From: a virus
Length of the DNA: 64,000 nt
Virus record (IMG/VR): IMGVR_UViG_3300021138_000007
Coordinates: 1-64,000 of that record
Direction: 5' to 3' (one strand)
This document shows positions 18,777 through 27,750 of the stretch, in pieces. Both the position numbers and the translations under genes were made by a program. Each line of letters begins with the position of its first letter. Position 1 is the first letter of the stretch. The notes beneath the pieces were generated by a model. The model had not been told where the DNA came from. It did no database searches and saw only the letters and a list, made by a program, of their open reading frames with translations.

Positions 18777-19475
18777 TTAACGATCTGGTTGGTAAGAAGC
18801 TACATCTCCTTGTTGCCACATTGGGTGCCAAGCGTCATTGCCTTGAGCATAACCTAAACCCCATTGTGGCCCTCTATAAACCATAGTTCCATTTCCCAGT
18901 TCAGCAGAGGATTTAGATTGAGGAATATAATTAGGGTCTTGAGTTTTTTTTAAAGCTTTTTGCAAAGCTTCTTCTAATGTTTCTTCTTCGCCTTCGTCGT
19001 CAACTTCTTGCGCTGTAATTCGATTTTTTCTTACGCTAGATTGTGCATGATTCACATTTTCTTGTCGTACAGCCTCTAATTGCTCTTGCAATGGTGTTTC
19101 TTCTGGATTAGGATGATAAGGAGATTTACGTCTTGCTTCCGTGCTTAAAGTTGCTGGTCCTTCATTGTTAGGTGCCATGCCGTCTGGTTTATTGTCTGTG
19201 ACAACATTGCCATCCGAACCTATACTTTCATTACGATAAATTTCCTTATCATACTTTTCTTTTTCAGGATTAGTCTGATCTTTAGCTTCTTGCTTATATG
19301 CTTCAGTATCGCCATCTTGATCAACAGCAATATTATTTTGCTGTTGTTGAGGCGTTTGTTTGCGTTTACCTAAAAACGCTCCTCCACCAAATTGTGCGAA
19401 ACGATACCACATATTTCCACCTTTAATTAACGTGTTGTTTTGAAAGCCATAATTCCATTGCTTCGTCAAGTTCAT
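18777..19475 (-). CDS. Hypothetical low-complexity head-associated protein (likely start MWYRFAQ, ATG 19412)
   Basis: RBS AAGGTGG before MWYRFAQ; ExxL motifs; lies directly upstream of the portal. Confidence 0.55.
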   Translation of the reverse strand: MNLTKQWNYGFQNNTLIKGGNMWYRFAQFGGGAFLGKRKQTPQQQQNNIAVDQDGDTEAYKQEAKDQTNPEKEKYDKEIYRNESIGSDGNVVTDNKPDGMAPNNEGPATLSTEARRKSPYHPNPEETPLQEQLEAVRQENVNHAQSSVRKNRITAQEVDDEGEEETLEEALQKALKKTQDPNYIPQSKSSAELGNGTMVYRGPQWGLGYAQGNDAWHPMWQQGDVASYQPDR

Positions 19476-21069
19476 CTTCTGATAAACCTACATGTTCATC
19501 AGCTAATAAAGTTTCTATAGTTTTATCACTATAGCCTGTTTGCTTGCCTTTCATTTGTTGTTCAATATTTTCTTCTTTATCTGGGTCTAAACGAACAACT
19601 TTTGTGCTTGCAGTTTTATTTAAAAGCTCTGGATAAGATTCTTCTGTTGCCAATGCTTTTAAATCATTAACTTGATGAGTTAAACTTTCAACTTCCACTT
19701 TTTTACTACCACTATTTAATAGTTCAGGATAACTGTCTTTTGATTCACCGCGATGACCGCCTTCAACACTAGGAGTATCATTTAACAATTGTTCTTTAGT
19801 TTTCATATCTTCATTATTCTTTTGAACTGCTGTCAATTTTTCCTCTTGCGTTTTGAATGGTTCAGACAAGTTATTTTTTAATCTATTTTCCAAAGGCTGT
19901 GTGATTTCTTGTGCTAATCGATAAGATCGTGCATTCCAACCTTTAGAAGCATTAATTTTATTAATAGGACTACCTTCCCCACGATGACCGCCTTCAACAG
20001 CAGATGCATCATCTAATTTAGTTTCCAGATTATCATCATTATCATGATTATTTTTAAACTTTTTACGTGCTTCATCCATTCGGGTGTCTAAACTGCCTTT
20101 TTCATCAAGTTTATTTTCTTCACGATTTCTTTCACCTTCTTTTAATGATAAAAGATTTTTATCATTATCTGGGTGTCTGGCAACGTCTAATCTACCAAGT
20201 GCTTGATGATTTAATTCTGCAACTTTCAACCAGCTTTGATAAGCACATGAAATTTTTCCATCTTGTGTAACTCTGGAATCAATACAGTGATCTCGGCATT
20301 TTGACACTTCCATAGCAATTGCTTTACCTGTTTGATAAACAGCTTTGGGACACATTAAAAATGGTTCATTGGCTTGTGTGTCAATATAAGTATATGCAGT
20401 TCGTATGTTTCGTTCTGGCATGTAATTCGCCATAATATTTCTTAATCTAAATGATGCAGCATCTAAGGCCATATCATCGCCTTCTATGATAGCTTCATAC
20501 GCAGATACTAAAGAATTTCTTTCCTGTATAGAAGATGCATCTTTCATTAAAAATTTAACAATAACAGCAGCTTCATATTGATTTTGTCCTTTGCTATTAT
20601 TTGTTGAAGCTGTTCTTTCTAATTTAACAACTTCATTATTAATATTTCTATAATTTTGAATATTATTAAATGCTGTTCTCAATGCTGAAACTCTATGAGA
20701 AATGCGAATATTTGTCAAATTATCAATGATATTAGAAATTCTCTCAATAGATTCTGGTCCATGAATTTTTATGATTCGAACAATACCTTTTAATCCATCA
20801 TTTTTATCAGTAAATTCCTGAATAGTAGGATCATCTTGATCTAAATCTTCATCGTTCAATGCAGATAAAGGAGAATCAGGAAGAACTTGTTTAAAGCCTG
20901 AGTCTTCTAATTTTTCAAGCATGGGCATTAAACTCTTTAAGAATTCAATAAGTCCATTACCACCAATCAAGCCTTCAGATTCTTCATTTTGATGATCTGG
21001 CTTTTTAGTTTCTTTATCTTTAGAAGTTTCTTCCTTCTCAGTTTTCTTATTCTTTAATTCTTCACTCAT
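19423..21069 (-). CDS. Hypothetical probable internal head protein with repeated ExxL and GGHRGE motifs
   Basis: VEGGHRGE twice, SYPELLN twice, Cys cluster CPK..CRDHC..C. Confidence 0.6.
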   Translation of the reverse strand: MSEELKNKKTEKEETSKDKETKKPDHQNEESEGLIGGNGLIEFLKSLMPMLEKLEDSGFKQVLPDSPLSALNDEDLDQDDPTIQEFTDKNDGLKGIVRIIKIHGPESIERISNIIDNLTNIRISHRVSALRTAFNNIQNYRNINNEVVKLERTASTNNSKGQNQYEAAVIVKFLMKDASSIQERNSLVSAYEAIIEGDDMALDAASFRLRNIMANYMPERNIRTAYTYIDTQANEPFLMCPKAVYQTGKAIAMEVSKCRDHCIDSRVTQDGKISCAYQSWLKVAELNHQALGRLDVARHPDNDKNLLSLKEGERNREENKLDEKGSLDTRMDEARKKFKNNHDNDDNLETKLDDASAVEGGHRGEGSPINKINASKGWNARSYRLAQEITQPLENRLKNNLSEPFKTQEEKLTAVQKNNEDMKTKEQLLNDTPSVEGGHRGESKDSYPELLNSGSKKVEVESLTHQVNDLKALATEESYPELLNKTASTKVVRLDPDKEENIEQQMKGKQTGYSDKTIETLLADEHVGLSEDELDEAMELWLSKQHVN

Positions 21070-21082
21070 TATATTCCCCTAA

Positions 21083-22084
21083 TTATTGAATTTCCTCATC
21101 TTTAAATCCACGCGCTTTAAGAGCAGATCGAATTTCTTTTAATTCACTACTGACTCCCTTTTTATCAGCGGCATTTTCCATTTCACTCAAGCTTTTTAAC
21201 CAACCAAATCGAGCCATTAATTCAGCAGTAGACCTTTTAGTTAAATCAGGTTTGATTGTATAAATTGTTTCCTCTTTAGCAGCAACCCTTTGATTTCTAA
21301 CTGTTTGTGCTGTTTTATGAAGCTTTAAATAATCATCAAAATTAAATTGATCAATTTTTGACCAATCTACATTTGGGTCTAAATTATCGCGGTCATAACT
21401 TGAATCTGATAAAACCACTTTATTATTACTAGATGCTTTAGTTTCTGGTTTTTCTTCTGGTTCATTCTTATTTTTTCGTCGCTTTTTACGGTTATAATCC
21501 CTTACCACATCAACACATCTATCAATGGTTTCTTTGTTAAACATGCCTTCCTTTTCAAGATATCGCACAATATCTCTTTTTTCAAGACCGTGGTCGAGCA
21601 ATTTACCCACTTTACCCATCAAAACACGAAAAGGATTACCACGAGTTTTCTTCTTCTTCTTGCTTACAACTTCACGATGATTGTAGCCTTTTAAAGAAGC
21701 CTCTTTAGAAATTTGTTCATTAGACTTTTGCATATCTTTCACTTTCTCTTCTAATTTTCTTGCAAGTTCAGGAGCAGTAGGATCAAGTGTTCCTTCTCTT
21801 GGATCAACCGTTCTTTGACCAGAATTATATTTCATTGCATTTAAGATTGTAGAAACACTTTTCTTCATTTCATCTCTAGTCAATTGATTAAATATTTCTT
21901 GTAATTCAGTTTCATAAGCTTTTGACTGAGTGGGCGTACTATTTGCTATTTTATGTAATAATGGCAAAAGTCGCTCTGGTGTAACAGAGTTATCTTCACG
22001 ACCTCCAGCTAATGGAATATTATTTATTCCATTAGCTGGATTTGAGGCTAATCCTCCCACTTGGTTTTGTGCTAATTTATTCAT
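21083..22084 (-). CDS. Hypothetical basic protein of the head module
   Basis: 333-aa ORF with KKKKKTRGNPFRVLMG segment and several [KR]xA[SQ] sites. Confidence 0.6.
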   Translation of the reverse strand: MNKLAQNQVGGLASNPANGINNIPLAGGREDNSVTPERLLPLLHKIANSTPTQSKAYETELQEIFNQLTRDEMKKSVSTILNAMKYNSGQRTVDPREGTLDPTAPELARKLEEKVKDMQKSNEQISKEASLKGYNHREVVSKKKKKTRGNPFRVLMGKVGKLLDHGLEKRDIVRYLEKEGMFNKETIDRCVDVVRDYNRKKRRKNKNEPEEKPETKASSNNKVVLSDSSYDRDNLDPNVDWSKIDQFNFDDYLKLHKTAQTVRNQRVAAKEETIYTIKPDLTKRSTAELMARFGWLKSLSEMENAADKKGVSSELKEIRSALKARGFKDEEIQ

Positions 22085-22090
22085 TAATAA

Positions 22091-22939
22091 TTACTCAATA
22101 TCAATTTCATCTACACCAGAAAGATTAAAATTTGCGCTAGAATAAACGTCTCTTAATTCAGTTGGCCTGACACCATACTGTTCCCATTCTGTTCGTTTTT
22201 CTTCTAGTGTTTTACCATCTCGCTTAATTGCTAGTCTTTGTGTTCTTTTAGCCTCTGCTGACGCTATACGTCGTTCTTCTGCGGCATAAAGTGCCTCACT
22301 ATCCATAATGCCAAAAGCACCCGTTGCAACATTTTCTGTACCAGTTCTTAAAATGCTACAAGCTCTAACTCCATAATTTTGTTGCTGTTGAATTTCAGTC
22401 AAAGCTTCTCTTTCCCAATTATTGCGTCTATCAGATACAATTTCTCGTGTTGTTCGTTGATCAAATAATTTATTATCTTGATCAGCAGATGATTGTAAAA
22501 TAGATTCAATATCTTCAAATTGTGGATCAAAAATTGATGCGCCTCTCATCATAACAGTCATATAATCAGAATCTGAAAATGCCTTCAGGGTTCCTGATAA
22601 ATCTCGACCATTTTCGCCATCATCATAATCATATGAAGAACGTCGAATTGCTTTATGATTAAGAATTAATCCTTGATCATCAATACGATTATCTTGCTGA
22701 TAATATTGTGGCATACTGTTTCTCAAAGCATCTTCAAAATTATATGAATTAGCACGAGCACTAGCTTCTTTATTGAATGCATTTTCCTCTTGTGCAATTT
22801 TCACACGTCTTTGACTTTTGCTTTCTCTCAAATACGCATAAGGGTCATCCTCATTCTGAGAATTCCCTACAAATGTTTGCTCCATAATTCCAGGAAGCTT
22901 TTCTGTTTCTGCAACTCTTCTAAATTTACTATTGCTCAT
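22091..22939 (-). CDS. Hypothetical protein of the head module
   Basis: 282-aa ORF; SD separated from the ATG by a hairpin (see findings). Confidence 0.6.
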   Translation of the reverse strand: MSNSKFRRVAETEKLPGIMEQTFVGNSQNEDDPYAYLRESKSQRRVKIAQEENAFNKEASARANSYNFEDALRNSMPQYYQQDNRIDDQGLILNHKAIRRSSYDYDDGENGRDLSGTLKAFSDSDYMTVMMRGASIFDPQFEDIESILQSSADQDNKLFDQRTTREIVSDRRNNWEREALTEIQQQQNYGVRACSILRTGTENVATGAFGIMDSEALYAAEERRIASAEAKRTQRLAIKRDGKTLEEKRTEWEQYGVRPTELRDVYSSANFNLSGVDEIDIE

Positions 22940-22983
22940 TTATTCAGTAGATAGACTTACTATCTCCTCCATTATATGCCGTG

Positions 22984-23196
22984 TTATTCGGTATCATGTG
23001 AATTTAAATCCGATAACTTTATTCCTGTTGTGTGAAAAGACGGTACTCGCGTTTTATCATCTCCAGCAATATTTCTTGACTCGCTTGTTGGCAATAACAT
23101 TTTAGCTCTTGCATTTAAATCATTTGATTTAAAATTTTCAAGAAAATTTACATAATAATCTAAATTGTTATTTCCTATTGATTTAATTTCTGACAT
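22984..23196 (-). CDS. Small hypothetical protein
   Basis: 70-aa ORF filling the gap, same strand as neighbours. Confidence 0.45.
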   Translation of the reverse strand: MSEIKSIGNNNLDYYVNFLENFKSNDLNARAKMLLPTSESRNIAGDDKTRVPSFHTTGIKLSDLNSHDTE

Positions 23197-23217
23197 AATT
23201 TTATCTCTTGTTTTTGT

Positions 23218-23255
23218 ATTTTATACAGGGCTATTTTACTAACCCTGTATAAAAT
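23218..23255 (-). terminator. Terminator-like hairpin
   Basis: ATTTTATACAGGG/CCCTGTATAAAAT inverted repeat after 23280..24350. Confidence 0.55.
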
Positions 23256-23279
23256 TTGTAGAGGATTTAACAAACCGTA

Positions 23280-24350
23280 TTAGTTATACTTATTGCTAAA
23301 TAAATCATCTACCCAGTCTGCATCTTGATAACCGAGGTCATCTTTCCAGAACCGAATAGCTCGTTGTCGATCAGCTTCGGAAAGTTCTGCAACTTTAACC
23401 ATGCTCTTAACAGCAGCAATCTTAACATTAGAATCAAGATTAGAAGCCATAACGGACATGATTTTTTCTACTTCAGCAGAAACAGGAGCTTCATTTAAAC
23501 CAAGGATTTCATTGACGTATTCTCGTGGGAATCCTTCAGCTTCAGCAACTTTAATGAACGCCTCTTTCTCAGAAGCAGTCATTGCAGTAACTTCTTTAAA
23601 TTGTCCCTTTTGAGTGTCTGTGTTCTTAGAAGCAGTCTTAGCTTTAGGCTTAGATGATGCTTCAGCAATCTTGTTTTCAACTTCGGTGATTGAATTAACA
23701 AGATTCATTCGATAAGCATGTCGCTTATTGATAGCGGCTGTGCGCTCCATTTGAGCAGCAGCAGCAGCATAAGCCTGCTGACCTAATCGCACACGATTTT
23801 CTTGTCGTGCAGCAAGAATAGCATTTGCTAAAGCTTCATCGCCAGAATCCAAAGCTGCTTCGATAGCATTAGAAGAAATTTGATCAGCACTAGCAAAATG
23901 AACCTTTCGGAGACGAGCAGATGCTTTAACATCTTTACCGTCTTTGCCTTTCTTCATCATTTTGCTGTCTTTTTCAGTACTTTCTACTTCTTCGTCATCT
24001 TTCTCATCTTTCTCATCTTCGTCATCGGTAGATTTCTTCTTACCTTTGCCGTGCTCTTCTTGCCATTTCTTTAAAGCAGGAGGAAGAGTGCCAGCTTCTT
24101 TCTTAGAAGCTTTCTTAGACATACATGCATCGCATTCACCGCATGTGCATTCGCCTTCTTTCTTACCGCTCATTTCTTCAAAGTGCTCAAGTAACTCTTT
24201 AGGCATCTTTTTACTTTCTGATTTAGCTGTTGCAATTCGCTCAGCAAGATCAGAGTAATCGATACCATTCCATACCATTTCCGCACCCAATGTTTCATGG
24301 GCTGCGGAGGGAAAAATTCTATCTGCCATTTTTGTTAATATCCTCCACAA
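23280..24350 (-). CDS. Hypothetical Ala/Lys/Glu-rich probable head protein (likely start MADRIF)
   Basis: RBS GGAGG before MADRIF; own promoter and terminator; many KxAS/RxAA sites. Confidence 0.6.
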   Translation of the reverse strand: MWRILTKMADRIFPSAAHETLGAEMVWNGIDYSDLAERIATAKSESKKMPKELLEHFEEMSGKKEGECTCGECDACMSKKASKKEAGTLPPALKKWQEEHGKGKKKSTDDEDEKDEKDDEEVESTEKDSKMMKKGKDGKDVKASARLRKVHFASADQISSNAIEAALDSGDEALANAILAARQENRVRLGQQAYAAAAAQMERTAAINKRHAYRMNLVNSITEVENKIAEASSKPKAKTASKNTDTQKGQFKEVTAMTASEKEAFIKVAEAEGFPREYVNEILGLNEAPVSAEVEKIMSVMASNLDSNVKIAAVKSMVKVAELSEADRQRAIRFWKDDLGYQDADWVDDLFSNKYN

Positions 24351-24369
24351 AATGTCTTATTATTTACCA

Positions 24370-24394
24370 TTCGATATTTAATAAGCTTTTACCT
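24370..24394 (-). promoter_or_regulatory. Phage promoter AGGT-N17-CGAA
   Basis: TGTAGGT aaaagcttattaaatat CGAA. Confidence 0.7.
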
Positions 24395-24402
24395 ACATAA
24401 TT

Positions 24403-24783
24403 TTATTGTTTTATATTATGAACATGTAATTCATGATCAACATACTTAACAATATCGCCAATTCCTATGTCATTTTTGTCAAAAGCGCCTTTTTTCGCTT
24501 CAATAACATAACGAATATGTCCGTTTGGTTCGCATCTTTCTGTTGAATCTGCTTCCATATCTTTAATATCAACAATTATTCCTTGTTCATTTAAAAATGC
24601 AAGACTCAATGGAAATGATACATTTTTATTCCAGAAACAATGTCTGTCTGTATATGGGAATATAAACAGAACAGCTTCATCATCCTGTAAAGGATCAGCC
24701 CACATCAAACCTCTTTCTCTTTTAGAGTTAGTATCTGCTATAAACCTCACCTTAAATTTGTGCATATCTTTACTCCTGTTCAT
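24403..24783 (-). CDS. DUF192-family protein
   Basis: ADT...RERGLM...LFIF...FWNKNVSFPLSLAFL...G.IVDI...YVIE pattern. Confidence 0.85.
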   Translation of the reverse strand: MNRSKDMHKFKVRFIADTNSKRERGLMWADPLQDDEAVLFIFPYTDRHCFWNKNVSFPLSLAFLNEQGIIVDIKDMEADSTERCEPNGHIRYVIEAKKGAFDKNDIGIGDIVKYVDHELHVHNIKQ

Positions 24784-25567
24784 CCATTATATTTAACATT
24801 GTGATATTTTGATAAAGAGTATTAATTCTGTTATCAATAGCATCAGCCTCTTCATGTTGACCCAAATGATCATAAATTGCCGCTTGCTTTATCAAAGTAT
24901 CTATTTGTGTACGTATAGCTGAAGTAACGGACTTACTTTGGCCTTTTAAACCATAGTGTTCCCATTCTACAGGAGTAGGACGTGCGCCGAATAATTCATT
25001 GGAATTATTATTCCAATTTTTAATTTGCTTTACTTCTTGCTCAATCCAATTCAATTTAGCAGTTTCACTTGCATATCTTAACGGTTTGAGTTCATATTTG
25101 TTGTCAAAAGAATAAGTTACAAATGCTCTTTTAGTATTATCTCTATAAAGATCATCATAAATCTTTTTAGCAACTATTTTAACATCATTGCTATTTTTGA
25201 TTTCGTCATAAATCATAGCAGCTCTAACAGCGAAACTAATTTGCTGAAGCCAGTTATGAATTTTACGCATATCTTTATCTTCTAATTGTGAGTTACCAAT
25301 ATGGTGATTAAATCTTGAAGGTAATTCATTTAATGTAGGATAATTTCCTGTTTCTGAACCTTCTTCATATTCTGCCAAGACTTTAATCATAGCAGTTAGA
25401 TTTTTCTTTGGTTCACCATATTTAATATCATCTTTAGTAAACACAGGAGGAAGTTTTATCAATCCCACAGGTGTTTTTGATGCAAATCTCTTATCATTCT
25501 TTTGAGTGAGTGATAAAATTACATCTGCCAGATGCTCAGCTTTATTGAAAAGAGTTTGTTTATTCAT
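24770..25567 (-). CDS. Hypothetical protein with C-terminal shared tag
   Basis: TLIKQAAIYDHLGQHEEADAIDNRI near the C-terminus; KRFAS and LRYAS sites. Confidence 0.6.
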   Translation of the reverse strand: MNKQTLFNKAEHLADVILSLTQKNDKRFASKTPVGLIKLPPVFTKDDIKYGEPKKNLTAMIKVLAEYEEGSETGNYPTLNELPSRFNHHIGNSQLEDKDMRKIHNWLQQISFAVRAAMIYDEIKNSNDVKIVAKKIYDDLYRDNTKRAFVTYSFDNKYELKPLRYASETAKLNWIEQEVKQIKNWNNNSNELFGARPTPVEWEHYGLKGQSKSVTSAIRTQIDTLIKQAAIYDHLGQHEEADAIDNRINTLYQNITMLNIMDEQE

Positions 25568-26069
25568 TTTCTTCTGAAGAAATTCTTTTAAATTTATTGG
25601 TGGACGCTGTGCGAGTATTTTCTAACTCTTCATCAGAAAACGCAGAGCGATAATCAAACTTGTCTTTTGTTCGATTAGATTTTAAATGATTCTTTGATGT
25701 CAAATAAGCATCTCTTAGTGCTACTTTGGCCTTTTCTGTTAAAGCCACAGTTCGACCTCTACCTTCAATTAATCCCTCAGCTTTTAAACCCAAAAGTGCA
25801 GAATCAGTAATTGTGTTGGGAACTGTATATAAAGTCTCGCTACTTTTACGAGTTGCCAAAGATTGAGCAGTGGTCAAGAGTTCGTCTTTATTTTGATCTA
25901 TGGATCGCAACATCTCAATAGTTCTTTCGGAATACTTAGCAGCTTCGCGCTTATTTCCGCCTAAGAACGTTTGTTGTAATGCAGACAAACCTGTCATGTC
26001 ATCTCCAGCATAGTTGAAGATTTCATCATGGTTTTCTAATGTATGTACTGGTTTTATTGGAATTGGCAC
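25560..26069 (-). CDS. Hypothetical protein, possible winged-helix domain
   Basis: LLGLKAEGLIEGRGRTVALTEKAK resembles a winged-helix recognition helix plus wing; GTG start with GGAGG RBS. Confidence 0.5.
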   Translation of the reverse strand: MPIPIKPVHTLENHDEIFNYAGDDMTGLSALQQTFLGGNKREAAKYSERTIEMLRSIDQNKDELLTTAQSLATRKSSETLYTVPNTITDSALLGLKAEGLIEGRGRTVALTEKAKVALRDAYLTSKNHLKSNRTKDKFDYRSAFSDEELENTRTASTNKFKRISSEENE

Positions 26070-26106
26070 GTTAGTTAAGCCTCCTAGAACATTTTCTAAG
26101 ATATAC

Positions 26107-26131
26107 TTCTACAAAAAAGATGCAAATTCCT
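26107..26131 (-). promoter_or_regulatory. Phage promoter AGGA-N17-AGAA
   Basis: TAAAGGA atttgcatcttttttgt AGAA. Confidence 0.7.
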
Positions 26132-26166
26132 TTAAAAATAGTGATTTTTTGAAAAATATTTTGAAA

Positions 26167-26616
26167 TTAACGTCTTGGTATGATATTTTTCCATCTATCA
26201 GTTGCGCCATCGGGGTGAATGTTATCCCATTCAAATTGTTTCATGTCATTCATCATACTGGGACTTGAAATAGGATTGCCTTGATCAACATACGCTGGAC
26301 CTGAAATTTCTTGATCATTATTTTGCGCAAAAATACTTTCGTCAGTATCTTTATCGGAGTTAGTACCACCAGGAATGTCTATATATTGAGGCTTACGAAA
26401 ACGAGGTTGATTCCAAAAATCATTTTCTTTTTTATGTAATTCACTTTCATCAGCTTGATAAGGCCACATACGGGAATCAACGGGGATATTCCAGTCTTGT
26501 AAATTAAGAGTTTGAGCTTTTCTAATGATGATGTTAGTTAATACATCTGCTTCTTGATGCATTCCATTTTCATCAAGTGTGTTAGCCACATTAGCGATTT
26601 TAATCCAAATATCCAT
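26167..26616 (-). CDS. Hypothetical protein with N-terminal shared tag
   Basis: KIANVANTLDENGMHQEADVLTNIIIRKAQ; promoter variant AGGT-N16-AGAA at 26627-26650. Confidence 0.65.
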   Translation of the reverse strand: MDIWIKIANVANTLDENGMHQEADVLTNIIIRKAQTLNLQDWNIPVDSRMWPYQADESELHKKENDFWNQPRFRKPQYIDIPGGTNSDKDTDESIFAQNNDQEISGPAYVDQGNPISSPSMMNDMKQFEWDNIHPDGATDRWKNIIPRR

Positions 26617-26631
26617 GTTATTATTATTCTA

Positions 26632-27750
26632 TTAATGTGTAATATTACCTTTTAATTCTTTAGAACTTAAATTAAGTGCATTAGCAATTGTCATATCCAT
26701 ATCATAATAACGATATGATGCCAATCTGCCTCCAAAGATAAAATTAGATTCTTGATTTGCTAAATCTTTATATTTGTCATATATGTTATTATTTTTATCG
26801 TCATTTACAGGATAAAATGGTTCATTTTCTCCTGTAAATTCTTGAGGGAATTCTTTAGTTATTATTGTTTTATCTGATTCAATAAATTCAAAATGTTTAT
26901 GTTCAGTAATTCTAGTCCAAGGTACGGATTCTTCTGTGTAATTAATAATTGCATTACCTTGAAAATCACCATCTAAGATTTCTTCTTCAAATCTCAATGA
27001 TCTATATTCTAATTTACCAAACTTATAATCATAAAATGCATCAATTGACCCTGTATATACTATTTTATTAGCTTGTTGATTCCAAAATTCACGATTATTT
27101 AAATAATCTACTCCAAGTTGAATTTCTATATTAGGATGATTGAAAATATTTTCAATCATCTTTGTATAGCCACCAATTGGAATACCTTCATATCTATGTG
27201 AATCATGGAAATAACGATCATTCATATTAAATCTAATTGGAAGACGTTTAATAATAAAGGATGGTAAATCTTTAGGACTTCTGCCCCATTGTTTTGTTGT
27301 ATATCCTTTAATGAACATTTCGTAAAGAGTTGTGCCTATTTGGGACAGCACATGATCTTCTAAATTACTAGGATTTTCAATATGAATTTTTTCTTTTTCA
27401 ATAATTGCTTTAGCTTCAGAAGGAGTATTAATTCCCCAAATCTGATGCATAGTTTGTAAATTAATGGGCAAAGTATACAATTTGCCTTTGTAGTTTGCTT
27501 TTGTTCTTAAAGAAAAATGATTGAATTCCGCAAATTGATTAACATAATCCCAAATATATTTTTGAGACGTATGAAAAATATGCGGTCCATATTTATGAAC
27601 AGGAATATTTTCTATAATTTCAGTATGACAATTACCGCCAATATGATTTCTCTTTTCAATTACTAGAATCTTTGATCCATTTTCTGCCATTTCTCTAGCA
27701 AATACAGCACCAAATAATCCCGCCCCAATTATTAAATAATCATATTTCAT
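26632..27750 (-). CDS. glf: UDP-galactopyranose mutase
   Basis: GAGLFG FAD motif, HKYGPHIFHT, YTTKQWG, RITEHKHF, GRLASYRYYDMD. Confidence 0.97.
   Translation of the reverse strand: MKYDYLIIGAGLFGAVFAREMAENGSKILVIEKRNHIGGNCHTEIIENIPVHKYGPHIFHTSQKYIWDYVNQFAEFNHFSLRTKANYKGKLYTLPINLQTMHQIWGINTPSEAKAIIEKEKIHIENPSNLEDHVLSQIGTTLYEMFIKGYTTKQWGRSPKDLPSFIIKRLPIRFNMNDRYFHDSHRYEGIPIGGYTKMIENIFNHPNIEIQLGVDYLNNREFWNQQANKIVYTGSIDAFYDYKFGKLEYRSLRFEEEILDGDFQGNAIINYTEESVPWTRITEHKHFEFIESDKTIITKEFPQEFTGENEPFYPVNDDKNNNIYDKYKDLANQESNFIFGGRLASYRYYDMDMTIANALNLSSKELKGNITH

Noticed and set aside
23800-23880. Seventh copy of the tag (AIEAALDSGDEALANAI) in 23280..24350
   Set aside because: Spacing differs and the conserved AD is absent; needs HMM scoring.
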